Shown piece after piece: positions 1-11,389 of a DNA stretch of 64,000 bases; the stretch's first letter is position 1, and each line of letters opens with the position of its first letter. Made by a program: the position numbers and the translations under genes. The notes under the pieces were generated by a model. That model ran no database searches and was not told the DNA's origin. It saw only the letters and a program-made list of their open reading frames with translations. The stretch comes from Klebsormidium nitens (lineage: Eukaryota; Plantae; Klebsormidiophyceae), in the NCBI GenBank assembly GCA_000708835.1, contig DF237399.1:12177-76176 (forward strand), read 5' to 3'.

Positions 1-78
1 CTCGCTTACGAACAGAGGCCGAAGAAGTGAAGATTGACGTCACCTTTTCTTGACCATGACGTCACCTTTTCGATGCAG

Positions 79-750
79 ATTGGCAGGCACGAATGGACGT
101 CGTCCAACTGCTGGACCGCCTCAAGCGGACCACCACGCTCGTCGTCGTGAGCCACGACCTGAGGTGCGCGAGCGCTCGCCGCTTTTCTGCTGACGTAGTT
201 GCTGACGTGGCGCCCTTCGTTTCCGAGGCCCGACGGGCAGACGGCTTTGTTGCGTCCGCCTCTGTTTACAAGTGACCCATTGTCGACGTGTAGGAAAGCG
301 TTCAATGGGACGCAGACGTTGATCTCTGGACCATTGACGTGGGGACGCGGTCAAATCCAATCCTTAACGCTCTTGGAACGGACTGGCATTGAGGATTGCG
401 GAAGATCAGCGCTACTTCCGATTTCCGGCTTTGAAACTCGGGCTGTTGCACATTTCGTTTGTGCGGACATGCTCAGATTTCTCAGGAAATATAGCAGGCT
501 TCTAAGTGGACAATCTGATCAGAACTAGGTGTCAGAGTTTTGGTTTGTCAATGTACTGCTGTGGTTAGCACTACCTACGAAGAACCTGGGGCGGCATGAC
601 CATGTATGTTCTCTTGTCTGCAGGGAACTTGCTCCGCTTGTCGACAACGCATGGCGGATGCACACCGGGGGGAGATTAGAGCAGGCCAAATGGCCGTTGG
701 AGCCGGGGTCTCAACGGCTTGAACTCGGGCAAGGCGTAGCTCGAAGCTGA
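79..750 (+). CDS. ABCI11: 3' end of ABC transporter ATPase, ABCI11/NAP14-like (gene begins upstream of window)
   Basis: Exons 79-163 (DWQARMDVVQLLDRLKRTTTLVVVSHDL) and 624-750 (RELAPLVDNAWRMHTGG...GVARS*). GT-AG junctions are phase-compatible. VVSHD is the ABC H-loop, and the C-terminus resembles plant NAP14/ABCI11 as I recall it. Confidence 0.75.
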
Positions 751-1862
751 ACAGTTTCGCGCCGTTTGTTGAGTCGCGCTGGAGGTCGCCTTTGCGCATC
801 TATGTATACTTGTTGCCCGATTCGAAGGGGAAGAAACTTGTACACGTGACGGCGTAAAAGAAACTAGCTCCAAGCGGAAGTTTGCCGTTGACACTGGGAA
901 TGAATTCACGTAACGGCGTCGCAACTTCCGACACGAAACTTCATCAAGCTCGATTCCCTTGGCAACCACTGATGGTGCTTAGAGGCAAGCAACCGCGTTT
1001 GATTGGTAGGTCTCGTGTCAGATCGCCGTGCGCCGCAGTTTACTCTGTGATGCAATCGGTTGACTCCATTATGTGGTCACAACTAGGGATTCCTATGGCC
1101 TACTCTTTTTGAATTTGATACCAGCCTCCGGGGTAGTTATTGATTGGCCGGTTTAAGCTTTAGGAGTTTGCATTATGCATGCGCATGGTCCAATTAAGTT
1201 TATGCTGTAACTGCATACTGACACCCTCAGCGCACATGCACATGAACATATCAACAGTACCTATAATCAACGCCCTCATTGCAGATCCTTGAACGCCATG
1301 TTCTTTGCCGGCCGGACGGTGCGACTAGGCTCCGGAGTCCGTTGGCCAGCGTAGGATGATGCTGGCAGAAACGACATTGGTTGCTAGTCTTTCCGCAGTG
1401 CATGCAATGGCGTCCGTTGCATTCCGATCAGCACTGCCCAACGCGCACGCGGTGCAGCATGCAGAAATTAGTGGCGTCTCGTATTTGGTGTGCGCGCGCG
1501 CTCGCGCATCAAGTCCAACCCTGCGCGCGGCCGTCGCCGCCAAGCTCGATCATTGTCCACCTGGCGCCTATTGGACCTGAACGGAAGGCTGAAGAAGCTC
1601 AGAGTTCGTTTGGAAGAGGTTCTGCAGTTACCGGTAGCGCGTTGGCGCAAGAGCCCTTTCAGCCATGGTGTAGCCGAAGCATGATGTGTAGGTGGTTGAT
1701 CGCTGAGTAGCTGGCACGTGGTGTCCCTCGTTATTAGCACCCGTGCCCACTCGGGAGACTAAATTAGCTGGAGCTCTCAGGAATCAGTGATTCCAGAAAG
1801 TTTCACGAATGCGGGCGCCATTTTAGACCCTGGGTTCCCTTTTGCATTGAACGTGGGCAGCG

Positions 1863-3788
1863 ATGTCCAAGAGCTGCGAAGGACTGCTCAAAGAGTTTGC
1901 ACGGTGCCTGCTAGAAAGCGATTGCGTCAAGGTGAGAATACAAGGCCTTCTCGATTGGCGTTTCAAGCACGTCTACCAATTGACCACTTGTTCCTTCAGA
2001 CCACCAAAAACCGGGGTCACCAGAAACCGGGGTCTTCTGGATATAATGCTGTGAAGTTGTCTTCCGCTAAAAAGAAGAATTTGTGCATTTGAGAAAGAGA
2101 CTCCGGTAGAGATCGCCACAAGTGACTTGTAGACTGAGTAAGTGGCAACAAGGACCTTTCCTGTCTTTGGTTCCCGAATGTTTGAGGCAAAGCAGTCGTG
2201 AGCGGCGCTACACATAGTGCGTGCTAAGCCATCGTCTTGTGCCTGCACATCCTACTTGGGTGAAAACTCAGTTGTTTCACCAACTCGCTTGCTTGCTTGT
2301 CAGGACGGCCGGCCTTACAAGGAGTGTGCGAAGCTGGGCGAAGGGGAGGGGGTATCACCGGAGTGCGTGGGGATCAGAATGACGTACTTCCGGTGTAAAC
2401 GGGGCCAGGTAAGGTGTTAGGAATGTCAGGAATCACGTTTTTTTGGTGTCCTGTCAGTGCTAATTGGAAAAGGGGAGGGCGTTTCACCGGAGTGCGTGGG
2501 GATCAGAATGACGTACTTCCGGTGTAAACGTGGCCAGGTAAGGTGTCACTGATCATGTCTTTCTGGTGTCCTGTCACCGTGAATGGGGTCAGATAAGTTG
2601 ACAGCTTTTAAACCGCTCCGACGAACTTTCAGCACAAGGGGTCAAGCATATCCTTCTGAAGTTTTTATGTTGTCAATGGGGGCCAGGCAAGCTGACAGCT
2701 TTTACATCGTTCTGACATATCTTTGGTGCGATTGGAGCCAAGTAAGCCGACAGTTTCTATTTGTCTGACATTCTTTTGGTGCGAATGGGCCAGGTAAGCT
2801 GACAAATTCTTGATCTATCTACGTTTTGCCGGTGTAATTGGGGCCAGGTAAGGTGAAGGCCTTTACTTCTCTCTGTGGTGCACCACACAAGTTGCATCGG
2901 TACCATAGTGAACCACCCAAGGCTGTATGTCGACGGGGCCTTTTCAAAGGCAGGCACTATGTTTGAATGCGAGTTCCCTCTTGCTGGAAAGTTTGAGTGC
3001 CCATAATGGCCCAGCCAAAAGTGGACCCTTTCGACAACTCTTCAATGCCTGAAGAGGGGCCATGAGATCAAAAACATTTTCTGAAGTCACCCAGAATCAA
3101 AACGAATCCGTCAAGTTGCATATCCTTTTGAATGTTGAATGATTGATTCCTGTCGATGCTGGGGGGACTTGGCACCCTTGCTATACATAGATCTGACCAG
3201 TCGGGGGAAGATTGACTTCCAGGATTGTCCTCGTTTTGCAATCTATGCAAGGAAGCGTGACATCGCATCGGGAGAGAAAACCTGGAACTTTGTATTCTTA
3301 TAGGCACCTCTAAACACGCAGGCACAGACCTCTAAATACGGAGACTGTGCCTCTTCTACATGTTTGATCAGACTCGTATATGCAAGATCGTTCATCAAGT
3401 CATTCGTCTTGATAGATGAGTCGTCTTTTGATCTAGCAATGTCTTGGTGCACAGTACAACAACCGGATCACAGAGGGGGTTTACGACGAGACTGTGTTGT
3501 TCTTTTGTATTAAGTGCTGCCTCTCTGCAAGCCAGTACTTACCTTCGTGATCCATGATAGAGCCGCTCATGAAGGGACCACTGAACTCACATGTTGTGGT
3601 CGCTATATTGGTAGTAGTGCGCACTTTCGTTTTGAGAAACACTTTTTCTTTGGCCTTCTATGCCTGCTGAGTACCCTCTGACAAACTATTGACAGCAATT
3701 CTTGGAAATCGATCCTACTGAACCGTGTCCTTGACGCGCCTTGCAGTTGGACATGACTACTCGGATACGAGGGAACAAAGGTTACTGA
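1863..3788 (+). CDS. COA5: Cytochrome c oxidase assembly factor PET191/COA5 (71 aa, twin-Cys motif protein)
   Basis: Exons 1863-1931 (MSKSCEGLLKEFARCLLESDCVK), 2304-2408 (DGRPYKEC...SPECVGIRMTYFRCKRGQ), 3747-3788 (LDMTTRIRGNKGY*). All junctions are phase 0 GT-AG. CKRGQxDMxxRIRGNKGY is the PET191 signature. Confidence 0.93.
2469..2856 (+). repeat. Exon echoes in COA5 intron 2: one near-perfect copy of the exon 2 3' end plus donor, then about five shorter degenerate donor-site copies
   Basis: 2472-2537 repeats 2343-2408 with 3 substitutions and the same gtaaggtgt donor (129-bp period). Degenerate gggccag|gtaag-like units sit near 2585, 2680, 2735, 2787 and 2840. Confidence 0.9.
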
Positions 3789-4755
3789 CACAAGTTGCCT
3801 CACGTTGCCTCACGTGTCTTCCTTACAACGTTGAAAATAGTGTAAGCACTGTCCTAGCTCTAGCAATGTACCATTACAAGTTAAATGACTCACAGAGTCT
3901 GATTGCGCTCCTGGCCGCCACCGTCATGTGAGGTCACTGATGGCGGTCATGGCTGGGCTATGCACGAAAGATCACGTCGATTCCATTCTTTGAGCAAGAC
4001 ATCAAGTAGCAATCGATACCTTCCGACTCATGGCCAATCTGAATCGATCAGGATCCAGCCTAGCTAGCTGGCAGGCTCACATGTCGGACTCACCCCGCTG
4101 CCGTCGCCCTCAAAGTGTCGATCGGCCGATCGGCCGATCGGCCATTGAACTGACCGCATGTCGTTCTCAGATCAAAACTGAATGATGGGATTGAAGCAAT
4201 TACCATACGGCCCTTAACATGATAAAATTATCGGATGGTGATCGCTTGCTAGTACGCACCGCTACTAGAGGGTCACTGTTATTAGCGGCCGCCCCCCGGC
4301 CAAGTGATATACTAAACGAGTACGTAGGACGGTACCATGAATGCATGTGCCATCATAATTGGTGTGTCTGATTGAAAAGCGTCACAAGTATGTATAATCT
4401 GCAATCCATGCAGCCAATCATTTTGAACTTAGTACTAATAGGGCCGCCGGAAGTCGGTAAATAGGATCATAACTTTAGGTAGGATTCCACGCACATGCAA
4501 CATATTGCAGTGATACATATTCAATGATTCCCATTCTATGATTCCCATAGAGCTCACGTGCAACAACAAGGGGTGATGAACTTTCGGCTCACTCTCGTGA
4601 TCCTTTGACTTCAAAACTGGTTATCTGCATGAACTTGGATCTACTTGATCTAAATGAATTCACTTGGTTCCGCGGTTCCAACACAGATGTTTGGTCAGTG
4701 TACAAGATTGACAAGGCTGTACAAGTTCCTGGAGTTCCAAAAAACAGACACTTAC

Positions 4756-7700
4756 CTACTTAGATAACCAATACAGGAGCAAAAATACTGTACAGGCAGC
4801 TATTACGGACCCCAAAATGTAAGTGTCTCGCGATCGCTTTCGTCGAATAGCCGCTGCACGAAACGACACGTTTCACCGTAAGCATCGACAAAGCATTGCA
4901 AGGTCTTCACATCACCCTTATTTGTAAAACGAACCGCAAGGCCCCTGCATTTGTAAGCTCGAATTTCTCGTGCTGCCAAACTCTTCAGACATCAGCGCAG
5001 GTCAAGGTGAGACCCCATCTAACGTATCTCACTGAGAGAGCACCGTAGCTCAGCGCATTGTTCACCTTAAACACACTCTTTGAAACCGTTCCAAACAACC
5101 GTCAGCGCTCGATTGAGCACTGGTGTGGGAGATACTTGTAAATGTCCGCGTGCGCAAGACGGCCAAGACCCAATGTGCAATCCACCGCTTTTTCCTTGAT
5201 CCCACAATGTGAGCACCGAAGTGCCCCACCGACAAGTACACGCGAATGCATTGAAGGAGCGGCCCCACGTAGCTGGTTAAGTGGACTCCAAACGGTTGAG
5301 CGGTTTCTAATCCCCAGCTACCGCCAACGGCTTTCCAACGTTGAATAGAGGTGCAGCACTTGCTGTCCCGACAGAGCAAGGCCATCGTTCGCAAGTGTGA
5401 AACCAAACCGGCAGTCACTCGAAAGAACAGAGGAACAGACGCTAGAAGTCCAACCCAGCGATTCGAGCGCTCCGAACAACTCACTGAGCGTGCTATGATG
5501 CCCGGGAAGCGTTTTCCCAGGTGCTTCATCTTGCCGCCAACCTCGTAGCCGCGGAAAGCGGCGCCGGAACAACGATCGCTGACAGAATTACGGTCACCCG
5601 AACGGACAGACAAACAGACGCGACAAATCCAACCGAGGACCCAAAACAATCCAACCGAGCGCTCCAAACCACTCACGCTCAGTCCAACCGAGGACCCAAA
5701 ACATTCTAACCGAGCGTTCCAAACCACTCACGCTCAGTCCAACCGAGGACCCAAAACAATCTAACCGAGCGCTCCAAACCACTTACTGAGCGTGCTCCGG
5801 ATGACCGGGAACCGGTCCCCCAGGTGCTTCAGCTTGGCGCCGATCTCGACGAACAGTCCCCGCTGCGCAGTGAGAGCGCTCCTGGTCGCCTGCGCCTGCG
5901 CCAGAACCTCGTCGGCAGACGCCGTCGCGCTGTGGATTTGGCCACGTTCCCGAAGCAGGCCGCCGACACCGGAAGTTGGGCCGCCCTGGGCCTGCTGGGG
6001 GCACGGAGATTGGTGTCAAGAAGCTTGCGTTTAGTATAAAAAGGCGAAAAGGGGGTATGCAGAAAGTTGTGAAAGCGCTCATGAAAGCTTTTGCATCTAG
6101 CTGCCCAGTGCTGTCCGGTTTCACTTTCGACCCTGTACTTGCTGTGGTACTGGCAGCAATTCCGTAGCAGGCCGCCGACACTGAAAATCGGGCCGCCCTG
6201 CGCCCGCTGGGGGCACGGAGATTGGTGTCAGGGTTTTGGGCGAAACAGTTTCTGTGATAGTAACCCGCCGCGCTGTGGAGCTGGCTGCATTCCCACAGGA
6301 AGCGGCTGACACCGGAAATTGGGCCGCCCCGTGCCTGCTGGAGCGACAAAGACTGGTGTCAAACTTTTCCGGCATAAGGCTCTATATCATATATCGCTGT
6401 TGCGATGTGAGTTCGGCGGCGTTCACGCAGCAGGCCGCGGACGCCAGACGTCGGGCCGCCCTGCGCCTGCTGGGGGCGTGGACATCCGTGTCAAACCTTG
6501 TGCACAATGCTTTGCAATATTGCGAAGATTGAGAACGAAGAGACGCAAGGATTGGCTTTTGGGGATTTCTGCATTTGGCGGCTGAGGGCCGTCCTTTCCG
6601 GGCGAGGATTCGCTGCAGATCTGGCCGCATCCCCGCAGCAAGCCGCCAACGCCGGAGGTGGGCCCTTGGAGCCTGCTGTGGGACACGGCGAGTGTTCTGG
6701 ATCATCTCCATTACCGTAGGACCTTTTTCACGGGCGCAAATCTGGAAAGTCGGTATGGGCAAAAGGGAGGTTGCTGCTTAAACCCTGCATCTGGTCGGTC
6801 ACTGCCCTCTTTTCCGAACCTCCACTGAATGTGGTCTTGGTGTGTGCAGGAATCGGCCCGCAGTGGAGGGAAAAAGGGACGGGCAAAAGATGAGAAGGCG
6901 AGACGAAAGGAGCCCTTTTGCTGAGCAATCCGCTGACAGTCGACGTCAGACGTTTCACCAATCTTAGACGTCATGGCTACATGGCTGCTTTTCAAGCCTG
7001 TTCTGCATTACCACATGAGCATGACACTTGAGAAAGAACATCGTCGAGTTATTGCCAGATCCAGGCTTCGTTTGGGGCCGCAAATACGGGGCCCGACAAG
7101 AATCGGGAATACGTTGGGCTGAGACGAAAGCTATGAGGCTTGTACTTGAAAAGTCCAGAGCGGGATCAAGGTTGGCCTAAGAAAAACATAACAGCCAATC
7201 TACCCACGGCGGTCCGTCCTCGATGAAGCGTAGGTCACAGGAGGCTACATATGGAAGCTAAACGGGTGAGACACCGAGGGGCTTTGAGTCCAGCGGCGAG
7301 GACAACAAATTGCGGGCCTCGTTGTGTTTATTTGTATTTCCTGAGAGGATGTACAAACGTTCTCAGAATGGTGACTGCCTCACCTTGTACTCGCTGATGT
7401 CATTTCGTACGGATGACAGCAGCTCGGCGTGCTCCCGCATCGAATTGATGTTGTTCTTTGTCCGCTTGAACTCCTGTGGAATAAGTAGCTTTTGTTCGAA
7501 AAATAGATTCTGGCCAAGCGCAGTTCCAGGACCAAAGTATGGAAGACAGGGTATCATATGGTTGATAATTCTACCCTAAGCGAATGGGCAGAGTTGTTGG
7601 AAGTGAAGACATTCTGGCTGGTATACCCTTCAGACAGAGCCGAGCGGCAATTACTTCAAGACCCAGGTTATCCTGCTAGCAAAGGACGCCACCGCTGTGC

Positions 7701-9992
7701 AGCCATAAAAATTTTCACCGAATCTGCCGTCCGAAGAAGTTGGAATCTACGAACTGATAAAAGAACACGACGAAAGTGCCAAGGAAGGAGTCCAAGGATA
7801 TGGAACACTTACCTGCGAGAAATCGTGCAAAATCTCTCGATGCCGGGCGAGCTTCTGCGCGAGGGACGCCGTGCTTGTGGCAGCGGCGACGCAGTGGCTC
7901 ATCGACTCGTTGATGTCGAGCAGCCGGGTCAGAAGGCTCTCGATCTCCATCTCCATTGACTTCCAGGAGCCGTCGGAGGCGAGGTCTGGGGACGTCCCAA
8001 GGGCGGACCCTGGGAGGGGGGAGGAAGCGAGATGAAATAAGAAGTGGCTTGAAGACAATAATGAGATTTTTTGAAGTCTGGTTAGAAGGTTCTCGATCTC
8101 CATCTCCATTGACTTCCAGGAGCCGTCGAGGCGAGGTCGGGGAAGGTCCCGAGAGCAGATCCTAGGGGGGGAGGAGGTGGAGAGAATTTTGTGATAGAGT
8201 AATGAACAGGCATTTGGGAAAGTTTATATAGCAGTCTGGTCAAACGGCTCTCGATCTCCATCTCCATCGGCGTTCAGGAGCCGTCCAATGCGAGGTCAGG
8301 GGACATTCCAAGGGCGGATCCTGGGGGAGGGGAGGGAGCGAATTAATCAAGAATCAGAATGAAACAGCATTAACCATTTAGAGTCTGGTCGGAAGGCTCT
8401 CGATCTCGACATCCATTGAGTTCCATGCGTCGTCAGATGCACTGTCAGGGGAGGTCCCAAGGGCGGATCCTGGGGGTGAGGAGAGGCGAGGAGAATCTAA
8501 TAAGCAATCAATGCGAGAAAAAGGAAATAGAAGGAGCCGAGTCAGAAGTCTCTCGATCTCCATCTCCGTTGATTTCCAGGAGCCCTCGGAGGCGAGGTTG
8601 GGGGACGTCCCGAGAGCAGATCCTGGGAGGGGGCAGGAAGACAAGAAGTATAAAAACTTGGATAAACACAAGCTTAATACTTTAGCAATTAAACCAGAAG
8701 GCTCTTAATCTCCATCTCCAATGACTTCCAGAACCTGTTGGAGGCGAGGTACAGTGGAGGTCCCAAGGATGGATCCTGACAGGGGTGAAAGGCGAAGGGT
8801 AATTGATCAATCAAGTAATCAAAGGGTAATGAATAAAGGGAGTCGGTGAAACAAGGTGAAGAAGTAGGTTGTTTGAGGGGTGGTCAGGGGAGGTAGCAAG
8901 GGTGGACACTAAGGGAGAGGGAGCGGAAGAGTGCAGAAGGAGATTCTGCATGGAATGAAGCCTGGAAGCAGAGGCAAAGAATGGTACAGAAGACACAAAA
9001 ATAAATCAAGCAGAAAGGGGGGCCATGTAAAGATATCCTGGACCCAAAAAGGAAAGGGAAAGTTTGAAAAAAGGAGGCGAAGAATGAATAAGCAAAAGGA
9101 GAATGTATTAGTAAGGTCTGGATCTAAAGGGGAAAGAAGGAGATGAAGGAGGCCAGGCGTGATCAAAATGAAGAGAATTGGTCATCCGAAACAGAGGGGA
9201 AAGGAGGGTCGAATAGAACGACGATCGACGGGCGTGAAGGATGACGACTCAAGAACAGTATGATCGCCAACGAAGGCCAAAAAAGGTGTGATCAGTGACA
9301 TTCCTCATCAGTTCGCTGCCCTTGATGCGCTGGTTGGCATAAAAGAAAGTCGTGGCAGCGTGGTATAGCAAGCACGGGCTTTTCGATTCTTGCTGTATGA
9401 TTCTAGCCATGATATACTAAGTCAAAGAATCATGCTCAGCACGCACTGCACAATTTCCTATGGTGATTGTCAAGAAGTTTGCTGAGGTTTCACAAAATGT
9501 ACACCAATGGATTATCAGGCTACGGTATTGCATCACGGTGCTCGAAGTAAGCGTTCTCCCAGACGTGTCACGCGTCCATGAACAGGTCACCACGTTCAGA
9601 CTTCGCTTATGTTCTCGATCATATGTACCACTGGGCCAAAGATGTATGCAACACGTGTCACCACAAAGGAGAAGAAAAGGCAACTTCAGATGGAACCTGC
9701 TGCATAACAAGAGAGCCCTGCCCCGGATGCAACGCGATCCTTGAGAGCAAAGATGTGACCCTTGCATAATGGATCTGATGAGCAGTTTCTTGACGCAGTG
9801 TGTGAAAAGTATTCGTAGCAACAAGGACATAGAGATACAGCACTAATGTTAAGAGGGTTTTTTGACTTGGAACATACCGTGCGACATCATGCCGCCGAGC
9901 TTTGCATAGGACGACAGCTTGACGTCCAGATCCCCCTCGATTTTCCTGGCGTCCCGCCGCAAGTCCTCCCATTGTCGGTCAATGTCAGCCAT
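4756..9992 (-). CDS. GOS12: Golgi Qb-SNARE GOS1/GOS12 (about 234 aa, C-terminal TM anchor)
   Basis: Minus-strand exons 9992-9878 (MADIDRQWEDLRRDARKIEGDLDVKLSSYAKLG), 8009-7813 (SWKSMEMEIESLL...QKLARHREILHDFSQ), 7473-7384 (EFKRTKNNINSMREHAELLSSV), 5991-5787 (LLRERGQIH...LGDRFPVI), 4853-4756 (AIRRKRSRDTYILGSVIAACTVFLLLYWLSK*). Phases are consistent and the sequence matches plant GOS12 motifs. Confidence 0.95.
5463..5786 (-). repeat. GOS12 intron 4: 55-bp tandem repeat (x3) beginning at the donor, plus a diverged copy of the exon 4 3' end
   Basis: Unit tccaaccgaggacccaaaacaatccaaccgagcgctccaaaccactcacgctcag at 5628, 5683 and 5738. The echo at about 5480-5546 reads YEVGGKMKHLGKRFPGI versus real VEIGAKLKHLGDRFPVI and is followed by gtgagt. 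Confidence 0.85.
6120..6690 (-). repeat. GOS12 intron 3: four echoes of acceptor plus the 5' part of exon 4
   Basis: Copies of ccccagcag|GCCCAGGGCGGCCCAACTTCCGGTGTCGGCGGCCTG near 6165-6215, 6290-6345, 6415-6475 and 6615-6680. Confidence 0.88.
8074..8785 (-). repeat. GOS12 intron 1: five echoes (about 150-bp period) of acceptor plus the first ~80-90 nt of exon 2
   Basis: Each unit keeps a pyrimidine tract, AG and a GSALGTSPDLASDGSWKSMEMEIE-like sequence. Acceptors lie near 8162, 8311, 8469, 8623 and 8777. Some copies carry indels or a TGA. Confidence 0.92.
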
Positions 9993-11389
9993 GCCCTTTG
10001 CAGTGTCGATTTTCTGCCCTATATGTGGCTTGAACAGACTTTTGGAAGAGAGCCTGAGCCTCAGGCTTGATTCAGCTCTCTGAGTTTCTGTGCTGCTATC
10101 TACAAAGTTCTTCCAGACGGAGGCACCGCTCAATAATCTACGGGCTCAGTGTGACACAGAGACAGAAAATGCTTCTAGCTTCTGCTCAGTCTACTCAGAA
10201 TGCAGGGTGTAAGAGGTTTGACTCCCTTACAGCAAGGACTGACCAAAACAGTGGCATTTGAACCATTTGTGAAATGTAAAGCTACACTTTGGTTTGCAAT
10301 GCATTCATGCCTCCTAAACAAATTCTGCATGCACGCTCCACCGCTGCTTACAAAGTGCCAGCGCCAGCGCTTTCCCCCCTGATTCTCCTTGCTGAGAAAA
10401 GTAGGTGACGCGACGCCACACGCCTGCCCTCAGTATGCATCCCCAGCTTCAATGCTGAATTAAGGGCTATGAAAGGTCACGTGCCTCAGGCTTGCCCTGA
10501 TTCTCGGTTGGCAGATTCAAGGTTTCAGCTGAACAGAAAACAGGCCGCCAAGAACGCTGGATTCAGCTTAGACTGAACAGCGAAAGACCATGACCGCCAA
10601 GCGCGCCAAACAGACGGCGCTCTTCCGAAGACTCGGTCTTCTTCCCCTGTGACTTCTGGTCACAGTTTCCGGTGATTTCGGCCGGCATGTCAGACCAGGA
10701 ATCTAGGTCTGAAATGCTGGTTTAGCTTCAGCTTTCGAGAAGCCGTCCGAGGGTCCATCCAACGGTCAGATGCTCCTTTAGCATCCGATCGACGGCTCAA
10801 ATTCCTTCAAAGAAGTACCAGAAGGTCCGTATGACACTATCTTAATTCTAGTCAGAAGCTGACATGGGATCGCCTGGCCAGCCTGCCGGAAGTCAGCCCT
10901 TGCGGCAGGAGCGCTGAGCGCGGCAGTTTATTACTGGTCAGCACTGGTTCAGAGGCGCAGCTTTCTGTGATGCTGGCCCTGTCTTGTGCCCTTTCTCTGC
11001 ACGGGCAGCAGCTCGCACCTTCTGACATTGACAAGGCTACCATGGGTGTGCTTTCCTTGGCAGACCCTGTGCGCAGGTAGAAGAAATTGGAAGAATGGAC
11101 TGTGGATAGGCCGAGTCCTTTCTTTTCCTTTGTTGTGGAGATGTGGAACGAACAGGGCAATGCAGAGGCTCAATTGAGCTGCTTTTCAATCTTCAGTGTG
11201 GCCCCCTTGCGGACGGACTGCTTTAGGAGGCCTTCAACAATCAACATCGGCAGTGTTGGAGGGAACAGAAACAGAAGTGTCACGTGAGACAAGGTCGTAA
11301 GACAAGGGCGTTGGTTGGCTGGTCGGGCCCCCTCTGTCGTTTGGAGAGCAGGATGCCTGCTGCAATTCCAGGCTCATGCTAGTTGCAGC

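Noticed and set aside
4119-4145. (gatcggcc)x3 palindromic microrepeat
   Set aside because: Too short to interpret, with no associated structure.
5062-5727. 221-aa minus-strand ORF
   Set aside because: It lies in GOS12 intron 4 and is built from tandem repeats and an exon echo.
7940-8790. Periodic repeat/spacer pattern resembling a CRISPR array
   Set aside because: Repeats are about 80-90 nt, degenerate, and copies of the adjacent GOS12 exon in a eukaryotic intron. There are no cas genes.
8800-9250. Purine-rich stretch with Lys/Arg-rich ORFs
   Set aside because: It is a pyrimidine-rich intron tract of GOS12 seen from the other strand, with no coding signal.
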